A stretch of DNA of 64,000 nucleotides from an uncultured Arcticibacterium sp. (GTDB lineage Bacteria; Bacteroidota; Bacteroidia; Cytophagales; Spirosomataceae), in assembly GCF_964021845.1 (NCBI RefSeq), contig NZ_CAXHZC010000006.1, positions 9,084-73,083 on the forward strand, in the 5' to 3' direction. Below the pieces are notes generated by a model, which saw only the letters and a list, made by a program, of their open reading frames with translations, searched no databases and was not told the DNA's origin. Both the position numbers and the translations under genes were made by a program. Of the stretch, positions 1-10,239 are shown in pieces; within the stretch, counting starts at the first letter, position 1, and each line of letters begins with the position of its first letter.

Positions 1-467
1 GCAAAAACTACTGCTCCCATTCTAGCCAAAGTGGCACAGCGTTGCTGTGTGTATTCTTTAAAACGTGGGTCTACTCCATGGCCATGTGGGCAAAGTATTC
101 CTGGAACCTTACCTTTGATATTAGTTGGTTTGTAGAGGTTTCCTGAGACATAAACACCTTTAAAGGCTTCAAAGAATACATTCTCGACAGTATAGCCGGC
201 AAAGGTCTTTTTAGAATGTATGGTAGCATTGACCTTCTGATTCCTTATCAAGTTGTCAATTTCCGCTCCGTCTAAAATCCCTTTTCTTATTTCTTCCGCT
301 CTTGATTGCCATTCCTCTTTATTTTGATACAAAGCAGCTAGTTTCGCATGCTCCGCTTTTCCTTCTTCTGGAGTGAAGTAGGCTCCTTGGCGAAGCTCAA
401 AATTGTTTTGAGCAAAGCACCAAGTTGTGATAAAAAGTAGTGTTAGAAATAATTTGATTGTTTTCAT
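1..467 (-). CDS. alpha/beta hydrolase, acetyl-xylan-esterase-like (N-terminal part only; gene runs off the window start)
   Basis: Absent from the ORF track because it is truncated. My reverse-strand translation from ATG at 467 gives MKTIKLFLTLLFITTWCFAQNNFELRQGAYFTPEEGKAEH...GKVPGILCPHGHGVDPRF. It has a signal peptide and a PHGH region like Bacteroidota acetyl-xylan-esterase-type hydrolases. Its start lies 1 nt after the stop of the GH51 gene. Confidence 0.55.
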   Translation of the reverse strand, partial: MKTIKLFLTLLFITTWCFAQNNFELRQGAYFTPEEGKAEHAKLAALYQNKEEWQSRAEEIRKGILDGAEIDNLIRNQKVNATIHSKKTFAGYTVENVFFEAFKGVYVSGNLYKPTNIKGKVPGILCPHGHGVDPRFKEYTQQRCATLARMGAVVF

Positions 468-468
468 G

Positions 469-2022
469 TTAATTTAATTCCAACACCAAAACAGAAAAAG
501 GCGGGACTACTACATCCATTTTATTATTGATAAGTTTAGCTCCGTTGAATTTCTTAGGTGTTATTTTATTAGGCTTGGCAAATGTATTATGGTCTTGAAT
601 GCTAGGTGAAGACAAAATTCTTCCAGAAACATCCTTAAAATTTTCGCCCCTCATATCAAGACTTATCTTGTGGCTTTTATTCATATCAATATTTACAACG
701 GAAACATGCACTTTCCCACTAGCATCTTTTGATGCAGAAGCAGAAATAGCAGGAAGCTTTTTATCACCAAAAACGTAATCCTCTGTTTTCAGGTAAACAG
801 GAATTTGTACAGCATCTTGATGAATTTTATACATTTCCATTACATGATAAGTTGGTGTTAAAATAATACGCTCTTCGTCTGTAAGAATTACTGCCTGAAG
901 CACATTAACCACCTGAGCAATGTTTGCCATTCTCACTCTATCAGCGTGATTATTAAAGATATTAAGCGTCATTCCGGCTATCATGGCATCACGCATAGTG
1001 TTTTGTTGATAAAGAAATCCACCATTAGTTCCGGGTTCTACATTATACCAGCCACCCCATTCGTCTACCATCATGGCTACTTTCTTTTCAGGGTCATACT
1101 TATCCATAATAGTGGAGTGTCCCTGTACTAATCTTTCCATATCCCATGCTCTAGACATGGTAGTGAAGTACATATTCTCATCAAACTCCGTGGCCGAGCC
1201 TTTATCTGCCCAGTCTATTACTGAATAATGATGTACTCCTATTCCCTCCAACATTTTGTGAGGAATGTCTCGCATCATTACTTCGGTCCAGTGATAATCA
1301 TCGTCAGATGCTCCAGAGGCTATTCTAAAAAGTTTCTCTTTTGAGTCCCAGCTAGTGTTTACGTAAGTGGCATATCTTTTATAAAGGTCTGCATAATATT
1401 CTGCAGTCATATTTCCACCACAACCCCATGTTTCGTTCCCTATTCCCCAGTATTTTACTTTGAAAGGTTCTTCATGACCATTTTCTGCACGCAAATCTGA
1501 CATTGGGCTTTTGCCAGAAAAATTCATGTACTGTACCCATTCAGACATTTCTTGAACACTTCCACTACCTACATTTGCAGAAAAATAAGGTTCAGTACCG
1601 AGCTGACGACAAAGCTCCATAAACTCGTGGGAGCCAAAGGAGTTATCTTCTGTAACATTTCCCCACCAGGTATTCACAATGGTTGGTCTGTCTTCTTTTG
1701 GACCAATCCCGTCTTTCCAATGATAGGTATCTGCAAAACATCCGCCAGGCCATCTCAAGTTTGGGATATTTAAGTTTTTTAGTGCCTCCACCACATCTGT
1801 TCGCATTCCATTAATATGTGGCACCAGTTTATTTTCTTCGCCAGCATAAAGTCCTCCATATATACAGCGACCCAAATGTTCTGAAAAATGCCCATAAATA
1901 TGTTTATTAATAATAGTCTCCCCTAAATCTGTATTCAGGACAATCTTGTTTTGAGCAGGAGAAAGAAGCGGTATGCACAGGAATATAAATAAACCAAATG
2001 CGTAATTTTTAATAGGATTCAA
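469..2022 (-). CDS. GH51 alpha-L-arabinofuranosidase
   Basis: 517 aa with a signal peptide. Has the GH51-type acid/base region WGIGNETWGCGG and the nucleophile region MMVDEWGGW. Length and motif order fit AbfA-type enzymes. Confidence 0.88.
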   Translation of the reverse strand: MNPIKNYAFGLFIFLCIPLLSPAQNKIVLNTDLGETIINKHIYGHFSEHLGRCIYGGLYAGEENKLVPHINGMRTDVVEALKNLNIPNLRWPGGCFADTYHWKDGIGPKEDRPTIVNTWWGNVTEDNSFGSHEFMELCRQLGTEPYFSANVGSGSVQEMSEWVQYMNFSGKSPMSDLRAENGHEEPFKVKYWGIGNETWGCGGNMTAEYYADLYKRYATYVNTSWDSKEKLFRIASGASDDDYHWTEVMMRDIPHKMLEGIGVHHYSVIDWADKGSATEFDENMYFTTMSRAWDMERLVQGHSTIMDKYDPEKKVAMMVDEWGGWYNVEPGTNGGFLYQQNTMRDAMIAGMTLNIFNNHADRVRMANIAQVVNVLQAVILTDEERIILTPTYHVMEMYKIHQDAVQIPVYLKTEDYVFGDKKLPAISASASKDASGKVHVSVVNIDMNKSHKISLDMRGENFKDVSGRILSSPSIQDHNTFAKPNKITPKKFNGAKLINNKMDVVVPPFSVLVLELN

Positions 2023-2147
2023 GGTTAAATTAATTGGGTTGAAGTCACAATTTATCTATTAAGTCTAGATATACCAAGATTTTCAATCGGTTGGCTTGAT
2101 AATAAATCCTATTTAGACCTTAAAAAAGCAGAGTCAAAGAAATGCCG

Positions 2148-2155
2148 TAATTTTG
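2148..2155 (+). promoter_or_regulatory. candidate Bacteroidota -7 box (TAATTTTG) upstream of tesB
   Basis: Exact match to the TAnnTTTG consensus, 65 nt upstream of the ATG at 2221. Confidence 0.3.
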
Positions 2156-2220
2156 AACTTCATTAACAAAATAAAATTCTACGACAGTAGAAACAAATAA
2201 AACATAACTTCAACAACGAA

Positions 2221-3093
2221 ATGAAGGACATCAATCAACTTATAGAATTAATTGAATTAAAGGAACTCTCACCAAATGTTTATGTGGGGCAAAATTATCA
2301 AGCTCCGTGGAATAGGGTTTTTGGTGGCCAAGTGCTTTCTCAAGCCGTAAGTGCCGCATATAAAACAGTACCAAAAGATAGATTTGCCCACTCGATGCAT
2401 GCCTACTTTTTATTGGCTGGTGACATATCTATTCCTATTCATTACGAAGTGGAAAGTGTAAGAGATGGAGGAAGTTTTAGCACTAGAAGAGTGGTAGCCA
2501 AACAAAATGATGTTCCCATTTTTATTACTTCCATATCTTTTCAATCTAAACAAGAGGGATTTGACCATCAAATTGATATGCCAAACGTGGTAGGTCCTGA
2601 AGGTTTAAAGTCTGATGAAGATTTGGTAAACAAATACAAACTTTTTGTTCCCCAAAATATTCTTCAATCTATCAAAACACGCCCTTTTGAATTCAGACCT
2701 GTTGAGAAATTGAATGTTTTTGACAGAAGTACCAAACCTCCTTACAAACACATTTGGTTTAAAGCGAAAGAAAAAGTAGAAGGCGGACTGGATGTACATC
2801 AGACACTATTAACATACGTTTCTGATTATAATCTTTTAACCACTGCCACCTTACCACATACTAAAGGTCCTATTCCTAAAGATTTGTTTATGGCCAGTCT
2901 TGATCATGCTATGTGGTTTCATCGTGATTTTAGAATTGATGAGTGGATGCTTTACGCCTTGGACAGCCCAAGTGCTTCTAATACGCGTGGATTTACTAGA
3001 GGAAATATCTTTACTCAAAAAGGTAAACTGATAGCTTCTGTTGTTCAAGAAGGTTTAATAAGAAAGGCTAAAAAAAAGGGGACTTTTAAATGA
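2221..3093 (+). CDS. tesB: acyl-CoA thioesterase II
   Basis: 290 aa with a double hot-dog TesB pattern: NRVFGGQVLSQAV, HSMHAYFLLAGD, VRDGGSFSTRRVVA, ASLDHAMWFH. Confidence 0.88.
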   Translation: MKDINQLIELIELKELSPNVYVGQNYQAPWNRVFGGQVLSQAVSAAYKTVPKDRFAHSMHAYFLLAGDISIPIHYEVESVRDGGSFSTRRVVAKQNDVPIFITSISFQSKQEGFDHQIDMPNVVGPEGLKSDEDLVNKYKLFVPQNILQSIKTRPFEFRPVEKLNVFDRSTKPPYKHIWFKAKEKVEGGLDVHQTLLTYVSDYNLLTTATLPHTKGPIPKDLFMASLDHAMWFHRDFRIDEWMLYALDSPSASNTRGFTRGNIFTQKGKLIASVVQEGLIRKAKKKGTFK

Positions 3094-3563
3094 AAAAGGT
3101 CACAAGTTTACTCTTTCTAGTTGTTCTTCTTACCTCCTGCAATAATCAAGCAAATACTGGTAAAGCCAAAGCTGAGTCTTTAACAGAACTTACCGAAGAA
3201 GTACAAAAAACGATCAATCTTTCAACGTTTCAAGAAAGTGAATTCCCTGATGCCATTGATGGCTGTGCTTGCTATTTTAAAGAAAAAGGGAAAGAAAGTG
3301 CAGGTTACGTTTACGTAGATGACTTTTCTCGAACTGGTTTTATCAAAATCGGTGACACTTTTGAAGAACTTGAAATTTATGAAGCCCACAATGAAAATGG
3401 CTTTGTAAAACATAAATGCCGAGCCGAACACTATGGAGTCGATATGGAATTAACAGAAATAGGCCATGAAGATGAAACATGGGAATATGAAGGCACCATG
3501 GAAATTAACAAAATAGACGGCAGCAAAATAACACTCCAGATAATTGGAGAATGCGGCTGTTAA
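3090..3563 (+). CDS. hypothetical lipoprotein
   Basis: 157 aa with a lipobox, LLTSC. ATGA start/stop overlap with tesB. No recognisable domain. Confidence 0.55.
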   Translation: MKKVTSLLFLVVLLTSCNNQANTGKAKAESLTELTEEVQKTINLSTFQESEFPDAIDGCACYFKEKGKESAGYVYVDDFSRTGFIKIGDTFEELEIYEAHNENGFVKHKCRAEHYGVDMELTEIGHEDETWEYEGTMEINKIDGSKITLQIIGECGC

Positions 3564-3574
3564 TAGTATTACGT

Positions 3575-4198
3575 TTAAGAAAAGGGTACGTAAATTACCT
3601 TTTTCGTTTCAAAAAATTCTTCTTCAAAAAAATCAACAAGCAAATGTTCTTGATAAGGACGTTTTGCTTCGTTGAGCTCTTCTTCCAAATCTCCCCCTTT
3701 TAAATAAAGGATTCCATTATCTAAAGAATTAATAGATCTAGTTTCAAACTTTTGATGAATCCACCCTATGAATGGTTTCATTCTGGTTACCGCACGACTT
3801 ACTATAAAATCATATTTTCCTTTGACATTTTCTGCACGTTCATGCTGAGCGGTAAGGTTTTTCAAACCTAGTGCTTCCGCTACTTCATTCACTACCTTTA
3901 TTTTCTTTCCAATAGAGTCTACCAAATGAAACTGAACTTCAGGAAACATTATAGCCAATGGAATACCAGGAAAACCACCGCCAGTACCTACATCTAAAAC
4001 CTTTGAGTTAGGTGCAAACTGATAAACCTTTGCTATTCCTAAGGAATGGAGCACATGCTTTTCGTACAAAGCTTCCACATCTTTTCTAGAAATAACATTG
4101 ATTTGAGCATTCCAAAGTGTGTAGAGGTCAAGCAACTGGCCAAATTCAGCTTTCTGCTTCTCTGTTAAATCTGGAAAATATTTTAATATAATGTCCAT
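3575..4198 (-). CDS. rsmG: 16S rRNA (guanine527-N7)-methyltransferase RsmG/GidB
   Basis: 207 aa. SAM-binding motif LDVGTGGGFPGIPLAI and a GidB-like overall pattern. Confidence 0.88.
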   Translation of the reverse strand: MDIILKYFPDLTEKQKAEFGQLLDLYTLWNAQINVISRKDVEALYEKHVLHSLGIAKVYQFAPNSKVLDVGTGGGFPGIPLAIMFPEVQFHLVDSIGKKIKVVNEVAEALGLKNLTAQHERAENVKGKYDFIVSRAVTRMKPFIGWIHQKFETRSINSLDNGILYLKGGDLEEELNEAKRPYQEHLLVDFFEEEFFETKKVIYVPFS

Positions 4199-4247
4199 GA
4201 ATACGGAATTACTGATTCAAAAATTGAACGTCAAATGACGTAGAAAC

Positions 4248-5459
4248 CTATCTCCACTTAATTTTCTTAGGATTCGAAAACAAAGACATTATTCCGAAAA
4301 CCACCAAATAGGTAAAGTACAAAAAGTCTAAAAGTAAAATCTTACCTGAACTTACAGTAAGGCCTAGTTTCTTATTTGTCAATGACAAAATTAACCAACG
4401 AAGCAGTAACCAAGAAATAAAAACTCCTGTAACTACTCTCATCCAATTGGTATAGGGTAAATACTGCTGCCAGCCTATTTCATCAAGCCACTGTTCAGAA
4501 ACTCTCATCCAATCTGGTAATACAAACCATGACGGTTCAGAAACAAATGCCGGAATAATAAAAAACCAACAAGCCAAGAAGCTTAACCAAAGCATAGCAA
4601 TACTAAATTTATCTCTTGCTTTATATTTTTTCCCTACTGAAAGGTGACGCCTTTTTTGGGTTACCCAAGAGTCAAAGGTGGTTTTAGGCTCTGAGCTCAC
4701 ATAGGAGTCATAGTTTAAAGCAATCTCCGTATTGCTGCCTTTAGAAACTTCATTAATAAAAAGGTCATCATCTCCACTTAAAAGTCCCATGTGCGTAGAG
4801 AAACCTTTATTCTGCCAAAAACACTCTCTTCTATACATCAGATTTCTTCCTACACCCATAAAAGGTATACCTACTTTTGCAAAAGACATGTATTGCAAAG
4901 CAGTTTGGAAAGTTTCGTATCTAATAAAGGCGTTTAAAATTCCTGGGTATTTGTTATAAGGAGAAAAACCGAGCACCACTTCTTTGCCATCAGAAAGTTT
5001 GGCAACCATTTCCTTAATCCAATTTTTACTTAATGGCCTGCAGTCGGCATCGGTTAGCAGAATCACTTCTTTAGTTGCCTTTTTTATACCCATAGTTACC
5101 GCATATTTCTTAGCAGTAAAGTGTTCGGGTAAGGCCTTTACATTAACAAAAGAAAGATTTTTATAAGCTCCTTCATTGGTTCTTAAATAATCATAGGTTC
5201 CATCAGAAGACCTATCATCTACCACCACTATCTCAAAGTTTGGATATTCTTGATTATCAAGAAGAGGCAGCAATTCTTTTAAATTATCAAGTTCATTCCA
5301 AGCTGCCACAATAATGGATACGCCTAAAGGCTTTGATTTTACTTCCGTTTCAGCACTGCCTTCTCTTTTTAGAATAGCAGTAAAAACAAAAAGCAGGAAA
5401 ATCAGCTGTATTAAAATAGCTGTTCCAAAAATTGCCGGAAAAATATAATCCCAGATCAC
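4248..5459 (-). CDS. membrane glycosyltransferase family 2
   Basis: 403 aa. N-terminal TM helix, GT-A core (VSIIVAAWNE, VVVDDRSSDGT, LLTDADC DxD motif) and C-terminal TM helices. Confidence 0.8.
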   Translation of the reverse strand: MIWDYIFPAIFGTAILIQLIFLLFVFTAILKREGSAETEVKSKPLGVSIIVAAWNELDNLKELLPLLDNQEYPNFEIVVVDDRSSDGTYDYLRTNEGAYKNLSFVNVKALPEHFTAKKYAVTMGIKKATKEVILLTDADCRPLSKNWIKEMVAKLSDGKEVVLGFSPYNKYPGILNAFIRYETFQTALQYMSFAKVGIPFMGVGRNLMYRRECFWQNKGFSTHMGLLSGDDDLFINEVSKGSNTEIALNYDSYVSSEPKTTFDSWVTQKRRHLSVGKKYKARDKFSIAMLWLSFLACWFFIIPAFVSEPSWFVLPDWMRVSEQWLDEIGWQQYLPYTNWMRVVTGVFISWLLLRWLILSLTNKKLGLTVSSGKILLLDFLYFTYLVVFGIMSLFSNPKKIKWR

Positions 5460-5659
5460 TTAATAATAGTGGTGTTTTTTACGCTCCTAGAATAGTCCCT
5501 TCAAAACTAATGAAGATGTCATTCTAAAAATTATAGTGTTAAATATCCTCAAAGATAATAACTATTCTGATGTATTAATGTGATAAAAAATCTTTCAATC
5601 AATTTCATTTCAAGTGGTTCCGCCTTTAAAATTATTTTCAGGCTACCATTAATTAGACT

Positions 5660-5667
5660 TAATTTTG
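5660..5667 (+). promoter_or_regulatory. candidate -7 box (TAATTTTG) immediately upstream of tgt
   Basis: TAnnTTTG match ending 4 nt before the ATG at 5672. This would imply a leaderless or near-leaderless mRNA. Confidence 0.25.
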
Positions 5668-5671
5668 CAGG

Positions 5672-6802
5672 ATGAAATTTGAGCTAAAAAAAACAGACTC
5701 TGGCAGTAAAGCAAGAGCAGGAAAAATCACAACAGACCACGGTGAGATATTAACACCCATATTTATGCCTGTAGGTACAGCAGGAACAGTTAAAGGTGTT
5801 CATCAACGCGAATTAAAAGAAGACATTCATGCTCAAATAATCTTAGGAAACACCTACCATCTATACCTAAGACCGGGTTTAGATGTGCTCCAAAAAGCTG
5901 GTGGATTACATGGCTTTAATGGCTGGGACAAACCAATTTTGACCGACAGTGGCGGTTACCAGGTTTTTTCTCTGAAAGAAATGAGAAAAATCACGGAAGA
6001 GGGAGCCAAGTTCAGTTCACATATTGACGGGTCAAAACATATGTTTTCTCCCGAATATGTTATGGATATTCAACGGATAATAGGTGCGGATATCATCATG
6101 GCTTTTGATGAATGTACGCCCTACCCCTGCGATTTTGCTTATGCAGAAAACTCTATGCATATGACTCACAGGTGGTTAAAAAGATGCATAAATCGCTTTG
6201 ATAAAACAGAACCAATTTATGGTCATTCTCAAACATTGTTCCCAATTGTACAGGGAAGTGTTTATCCTGATTTACGAAAGCAATCTGCTGAATTTATTGC
6301 GGAGCAAGACAGAGAAGGAAATGCAATCGGCGGCCTTTCTGTAGGAGAACCTGCCGAAGACATGTATGCCATGCTGGAAGTGGTCAATGATATCTTACCA
6401 AAAGAAAAACCACGCTACCTGATGGGTGTGGGTACTCCTGAGAATATTTTAGAAGGAATAGCTTTAGGTACCGATATGTTTGATTGTGTTATGCCAACCC
6501 GAAACGCAAGGAACGGGATGCTATTCACTACGGAAGGTATTATCAATATTAGAAACAAAAAATGGGAAGATGATTTTTCTCCAATTGACCCTAATTTAGA
6601 TTGTTATGCATCAAAGTTTTACACCAAAGCCTATTTAAAACACCTTATTAAATGTAAGGAAATGTTAGGTTCGCAAATAGCCAGTGTACATAATCTAGCT
6701 TTTTATATCTGGTTAGTGGAGCAAGCTCGAGAACATATTCTTGCTGGAGATTTTACTACTTGGAAGCCAAAAGCTATAAAGCAGTTTATGCGACGTCTAT
6801 AA
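5672..6802 (+). CDS. tgt: tRNA-guanine transglycosylase (queuine tRNA-ribosyltransferase)
   Basis: 376 aa. Tgt motifs ILTDSGGYQVFS, LFPIVQGS, GLSVGEP, YLMGVGTP. Confidence 0.95.
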   Translation: MKFELKKTDSGSKARAGKITTDHGEILTPIFMPVGTAGTVKGVHQRELKEDIHAQIILGNTYHLYLRPGLDVLQKAGGLHGFNGWDKPILTDSGGYQVFSLKEMRKITEEGAKFSSHIDGSKHMFSPEYVMDIQRIIGADIIMAFDECTPYPCDFAYAENSMHMTHRWLKRCINRFDKTEPIYGHSQTLFPIVQGSVYPDLRKQSAEFIAEQDREGNAIGGLSVGEPAEDMYAMLEVVNDILPKEKPRYLMGVGTPENILEGIALGTDMFDCVMPTRNARNGMLFTTEGIINIRNKKWEDDFSPIDPNLDCYASKFYTKAYLKHLIKCKEMLGSQIASVHNLAFYIWLVEQAREHILAGDFTTWKPKAIKQFMRRL

Positions 6803-6827
6803 TTCTAAAAGGCTTTAAAACGAGAAA

Positions 6828-6847
6828 AGCAGCTCAAATGAGCTGCT
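6828..6847. terminator. bidirectional hairpin terminator between convergent tgt and fusA
   Basis: Perfect 8-bp stem AGCAGCTC/GAGCTGCT with loop AAAT. Flanked by an A-run on the left (a U-run for the minus-strand transcript) and CTTCTT on the right. Confidence 0.6.
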
Positions 6848-6875
6848 CTTCTTATATCTAGAAGGTTCGTAAATC

Positions 6876-8987
6876 CTACTCTCCTTTTTCTTTCTTGATA
6901 ACATCTTCTGCAAGACTTTGCGGAACGAAATCGTAGTGAGAGAAAGTTAGGTTGGCTGTAGCACGACCTGAAGAAATAGTTCTAAGGTCAGTTACGTAAC
7001 CAAACAATTCAGAAAGAGGAACAGAAGCCTTGATTACTTGAGAACCTTGCTTAGTATCCATTCCTTTCATAATACCTCTTCTACGGTTCATATCACCAGT
7101 GATAGGACCTGTATACTCATCTGGAGTTAAAATCTCAACAGCCATAACTGGCTCCAATAATTTAGCACCAGCCTCTTTTCCTGAATTACGGAACGCTAAA
7201 CGAGCCGCCATTTCAAAAGAGAAAGAGTCAGAATCCACATCATGGAAAGAACCATGAACTAGAGATACTTTCATACTATCAACTGGGAAACCAGCTAAAG
7301 GACCATTTTTCATAGCCTCTCTAAATCCTTTTTCTACAGAAGGAATAAATTCACGTGGAATAGCACCACCTACAATTTTATTTTCAAACTGTAATCCTGG
7401 AAGAATTTCTTTTCCATCTTCTGGCTCATCTGCAGGTCCCATTGCATAAACAATGTCTGCAAACTTACCACGACCACCAGATTGTTTCTTATAAACTTCT
7501 CTTCCTTCGTAAGTTTTAGTTAAAGCCTCTTTGTATGCCACCTGAGGAGCACCTTGATTAATTTCTACTTTAAACTCACGACGCATTCTATCAATGATAA
7601 TGTCAAGGTGAAGCTCACCCATACCTCTCATGATAGTTTGACCTGTTTCTTCGTTGGTCTCTACTTGAAGTGTTGGATCTTCTTCAATCAACTTCGCAAT
7701 AGCATTACCAAATTTATCTTGATCAGCAGTTTTCTTAGGCTCAATAGCATATCCAATTACTGGATCTGGGAAGTTCATTGATTCAAAAACAATTGGATTA
7801 TCTACATCAGATAATGTATCTCCAGTTTTGATATCTTTAAATCCTACTACCGCAGCAATATCACCAGCTTGCAATTCATCAATTTGATTTTGCTTGTTAG
7901 CGTGCATTTGGAAGATTCTAGAGATACGCTCTTTCTTACCATTTCTGTTATTTAAGATATACGACCCAGAAGGTAATGTACCTGAATAAGAACGGATAAA
8001 GCAAAGACGACCTACGAAAGGATCCGTTGCAATTTTAAAAGCCAATGCAGAAAATGGCTGAGTGCTATCTGGAAGACGCTTAATTTTTGCTTCTGTTACT
8101 GGATCTGTACCAATGATACCATCTCTATCTAAAGGAGAAGGTAAAAGCTCCATAACATAGTCCAACATTGTTTGAACACCTTTGTTTTTAAAGGCAGAAC
8201 CACAAAGCATTGGAACGATGTCCATGCTAATTGTAGCAATTCTTAATGCGTTGATAATTTCTTCAGCAGAAATAGACTCAGGATCTTCAAAGAATTTCTC
8301 CATCAATGACTCGTCAGCAGATGCTACTGATTCCAATAGCTGCTCTCTCCAATGAGCTACATCGTCTACCATGTCAGCAGGAATCGGAACTTCGGTAAAA
8401 GTCATTCCTTTATCTTCCTCATTCCAGATAATACCTCTGTTATAAACAAGGTCAACAACACCTTCAAAGTTCTCTTCGTTTCCAATAGGTAACTGAAGAG
8501 GAACGGCGTTACTACCTAACATTTCTTTAACCTGTGCACACACGTTTAAGAAATCAGCACCTTGACGGTCCATTTTGTTTACGAAACCAAGACGAGCAAC
8601 ATTGTAGTTATTTGCTAATCTCCAGTTAGTTTCAGATTGTGGCTCAACACCATCAACCGCAGAAAACAAGAATACAAGACCATCTAAAACTCTCAATGAT
8701 CTATTCACCTCCACCGTAAAGTCTACGTGACCTGGTGTGTCAATGATGTTCATGTGATAGTTTTGGTCCTTGTACTTCCAGTCTAGCGTAGTAGCAGCAG
8801 AAGTAATAGTAATACCTCTTTCTTGCTCTTGCTCCATCCAGTCCATTGTGGCAGCACCATCATGAACCTCTCCAATCTTGTGACTAACCCCTCCGTAATA
8901 AAGGATACGTTCTGTAGTTGTAGTCTTACCTGCGTCAATATGAGCGGCAATACCAATGTTTCTTGTGTATTTTAAATCGCGAGCCAT
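6876..8987 (-). CDS. fusA: translation elongation factor G
   Basis: 703 aa. GTPase motifs [21 protein letters not shown], and full EF-G domain order through the C-terminus. Confidence 0.95.
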   Translation of the reverse strand: MARDLKYTRNIGIAAHIDAGKTTTTERILYYGGVSHKIGEVHDGAATMDWMEQEQERGITITSAATTLDWKYKDQNYHMNIIDTPGHVDFTVEVNRSLRVLDGLVFLFSAVDGVEPQSETNWRLANNYNVARLGFVNKMDRQGADFLNVCAQVKEMLGSNAVPLQLPIGNEENFEGVVDLVYNRGIIWNEEDKGMTFTEVPIPADMVDDVAHWREQLLESVASADESLMEKFFEDPESISAEEIINALRIATISMDIVPMLCGSAFKNKGVQTMLDYVMELLPSPLDRDGIIGTDPVTEAKIKRLPDSTQPFSALAFKIATDPFVGRLCFIRSYSGTLPSGSYILNNRNGKKERISRIFQMHANKQNQIDELQAGDIAAVVGFKDIKTGDTLSDVDNPIVFESMNFPDPVIGYAIEPKKTADQDKFGNAIAKLIEEDPTLQVETNEETGQTIMRGMGELHLDIIIDRMRREFKVEINQGAPQVAYKEALTKTYEGREVYKKQSGGRGKFADIVYAMGPADEPEDGKEILPGLQFENKIVGGAIPREFIPSVEKGFREAMKNGPLAGFPVDSMKVSLVHGSFHDVDSDSFSFEMAARLAFRNSGKEAGAKLLEPVMAVEILTPDEYTGPITGDMNRRRGIMKGMDTKQGSQVIKASVPLSELFGYVTDLRTISSGRATANLTFSHYDFVPQSLAEDVIKKEKGE

Positions 8988-9082
8988 TATTAAATATTTT
9001 ACTTATTTTAGACCTAAATCGTTGACTGTCAACAGAATAGGACTTACAAAACTTTAAAAGTCACCTTTCTGTTTTCGGGGTG

Positions 9083-9090
9083 CAAAAGTA
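9083..9090 (-). promoter_or_regulatory. candidate -7 box (TACTTTTG on minus strand) for fusA
   Basis: The reverse complement of CAAAAGTA matches TAnnTTTG, about 95 nt upstream of the fusA ATG. Confidence 0.3.
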
Positions 9091-9207
9091 CGCATTTTTT
9101 TCTGACAAATAAACTATCCTTTTAAGTATAAGTTTAAGATTATCAAAATAACATTGCCTTTCAATAAAATTCCTTATGCCGAAACGGTGCAATCGAAAAC
9201 AATTAAT

Positions 9208-9215
9208 TAGTTTTG
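9208..9215 (+). promoter_or_regulatory. candidate -7 box (TAGTTTTG) for the DUF3467 gene
   Basis: TAnnTTTG match 26 nt upstream of the ATG at 9241. Confidence 0.3.
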
Positions 9216-9240
9216 ACAATAATTGCTAAACGCCGAAATA

Positions 9241-9561
9241 ATGACAAAAAACACAAAAGCTAACGACCAACAGATAAACATTGAACTATCTGAAGAAATG
9301 GCAGAAGGAGTATATGCTAACCTTGCCATGATTGCCCACTCTAATTCAGAATTTGTCATTGACTTTATAAGATTGATGCCTGGCGTTCCTAAGGCAAAGG
9401 TAAAATCAAGAATCATACTTACTCCTGAGCATGCTCAAAGGTTGCTTGTAGCCCTGCAAGATAATATCAGTAAATACGAAGACAACTTTGGGGACATAAG
9501 AGAAAGTAATGAGTCGGTTCCTTTTCCAATGAATTTTGGTGGGCCAATGGGGGAAGCTTAA
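9241..9561 (+). CDS. DUF3467-family small protein
   Basis: The track ORF starts at TTG 9223, but ATG 9241 (MTKNTKANDQQINIELSEE...) is more plausible. The pattern GVYANLAMIAHSNSEFVIDF...ILTPEHAQRLL matches my memory of DUF3467. Confidence 0.65.
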   Translation: MTKNTKANDQQINIELSEEMAEGVYANLAMIAHSNSEFVIDFIRLMPGVPKAKVKSRIILTPEHAQRLLVALQDNISKYEDNFGDIRESNESVPFPMNFGGPMGEA

Positions 9562-9672
9562 AAGCCTATTTATACCTTTATAATATAGCGGGGATTTTAC
9601 ACCCTAAAACCATTACCAAGATATTGATAGAAAACTTTTAATGTCATGGCATAGGAATAAAATAAATTTCTG

Positions 9673-9680
9673 TACCTTTG
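9673..9680 (+). promoter_or_regulatory. candidate -7 box (TACCTTTG) for rpsL-rpsG
   Basis: TAnnTTTG match 52 nt upstream of the rpsL ATG. Confidence 0.4.
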
Positions 9681-9681
9681 C

Positions 9682-9700
9682 ACTCCCTTTTTAAGGGAGT
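9682..9700 (+). promoter_or_regulatory. 5' leader hairpin of rpsL
   Basis: ACTCCCTT-TTT-AAGGGAGT, an 8-bp perfect stem, immediately downstream of the -7 box. Confidence 0.3.
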
Positions 9701-9731
9701 ATTTATTTTTTTAACATTTTTAATTTTTACA

Positions 9732-10115
9732 ATGCCTACTATACAACAGTTAGTAAGAAAAGGAAGAGAGCAGCTTAAGCATAAGTCGAAATCTCCTGCA
9801 TTGGATTCTTGCCCACAGCGTCGTGGCGTTTGTACTCGTGTTTACACTACTACTCCTAAGAAGCCAAACTCGGCCCTTAGAAAAGTAGCTCGTGTGAGAC
9901 TTACAAACCAAAAAGAAGTGAACGCATACATTCCGGGTGAAGGTCATAATCTACAAGAGCACTCTATCGTATTGATAAGAGGTGGTAGAATCAAAGATCT
10001 TCCTGGTGTACGTTATCACATCGTTCGTGGAGCATTGGATACAGCAGGTGTAGCGAGTAGAATGCAAGGTCGTTCTAAGTATGGTGCTAAGAGACCAAAA
10101 GCAGCCAAAAAGTAG
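9732..10115 (+). CDS. rpsL: 30S ribosomal protein S12
   Basis: The track ORF begins at TTG 9678. The conserved S12 N-terminus [12 protein letters not shown] starts at ATG 9732 (127 aa). [13 protein letters not shown] is present. Confidence 0.95.
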   Translation: MPTIQQLVRKGREQLKHKSKSPALDSCPQRRGVCTRVYTTTPKKPNSALRKVARVRLTNQKEVNAYIPGEGHNLQEHSIVLIRGGRIKDLPGVRYHIVRGALDTAGVASRMQGRSKYGAKRPKAAKK

Positions 10116-10239
10116 TCCCCATTGTTTTAAATTAGGGTAGCAATATCCAATGATATATAAAACAGGGAAGTAATGTTACTCATTACTGAGTAATGTGAAT
10201 TAGTTTTTTAAAACGAAACCTCATTAAAAAAACAAAGAA

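Noticed and set aside
9678-9731. N-terminal extensions in the ORF track (for example S12 from TTG 9678, trpC from 14210, the Dabb gene from 16981, the penicillin acylase from 49493, and the lipoprotein genes from 14056, 37191 and 59227)
   Set aside because: Conserved N-termini or signal peptides begin at internal ATG codons. The upstream parts are non-ATG starts that run through promoter or leader sequence.
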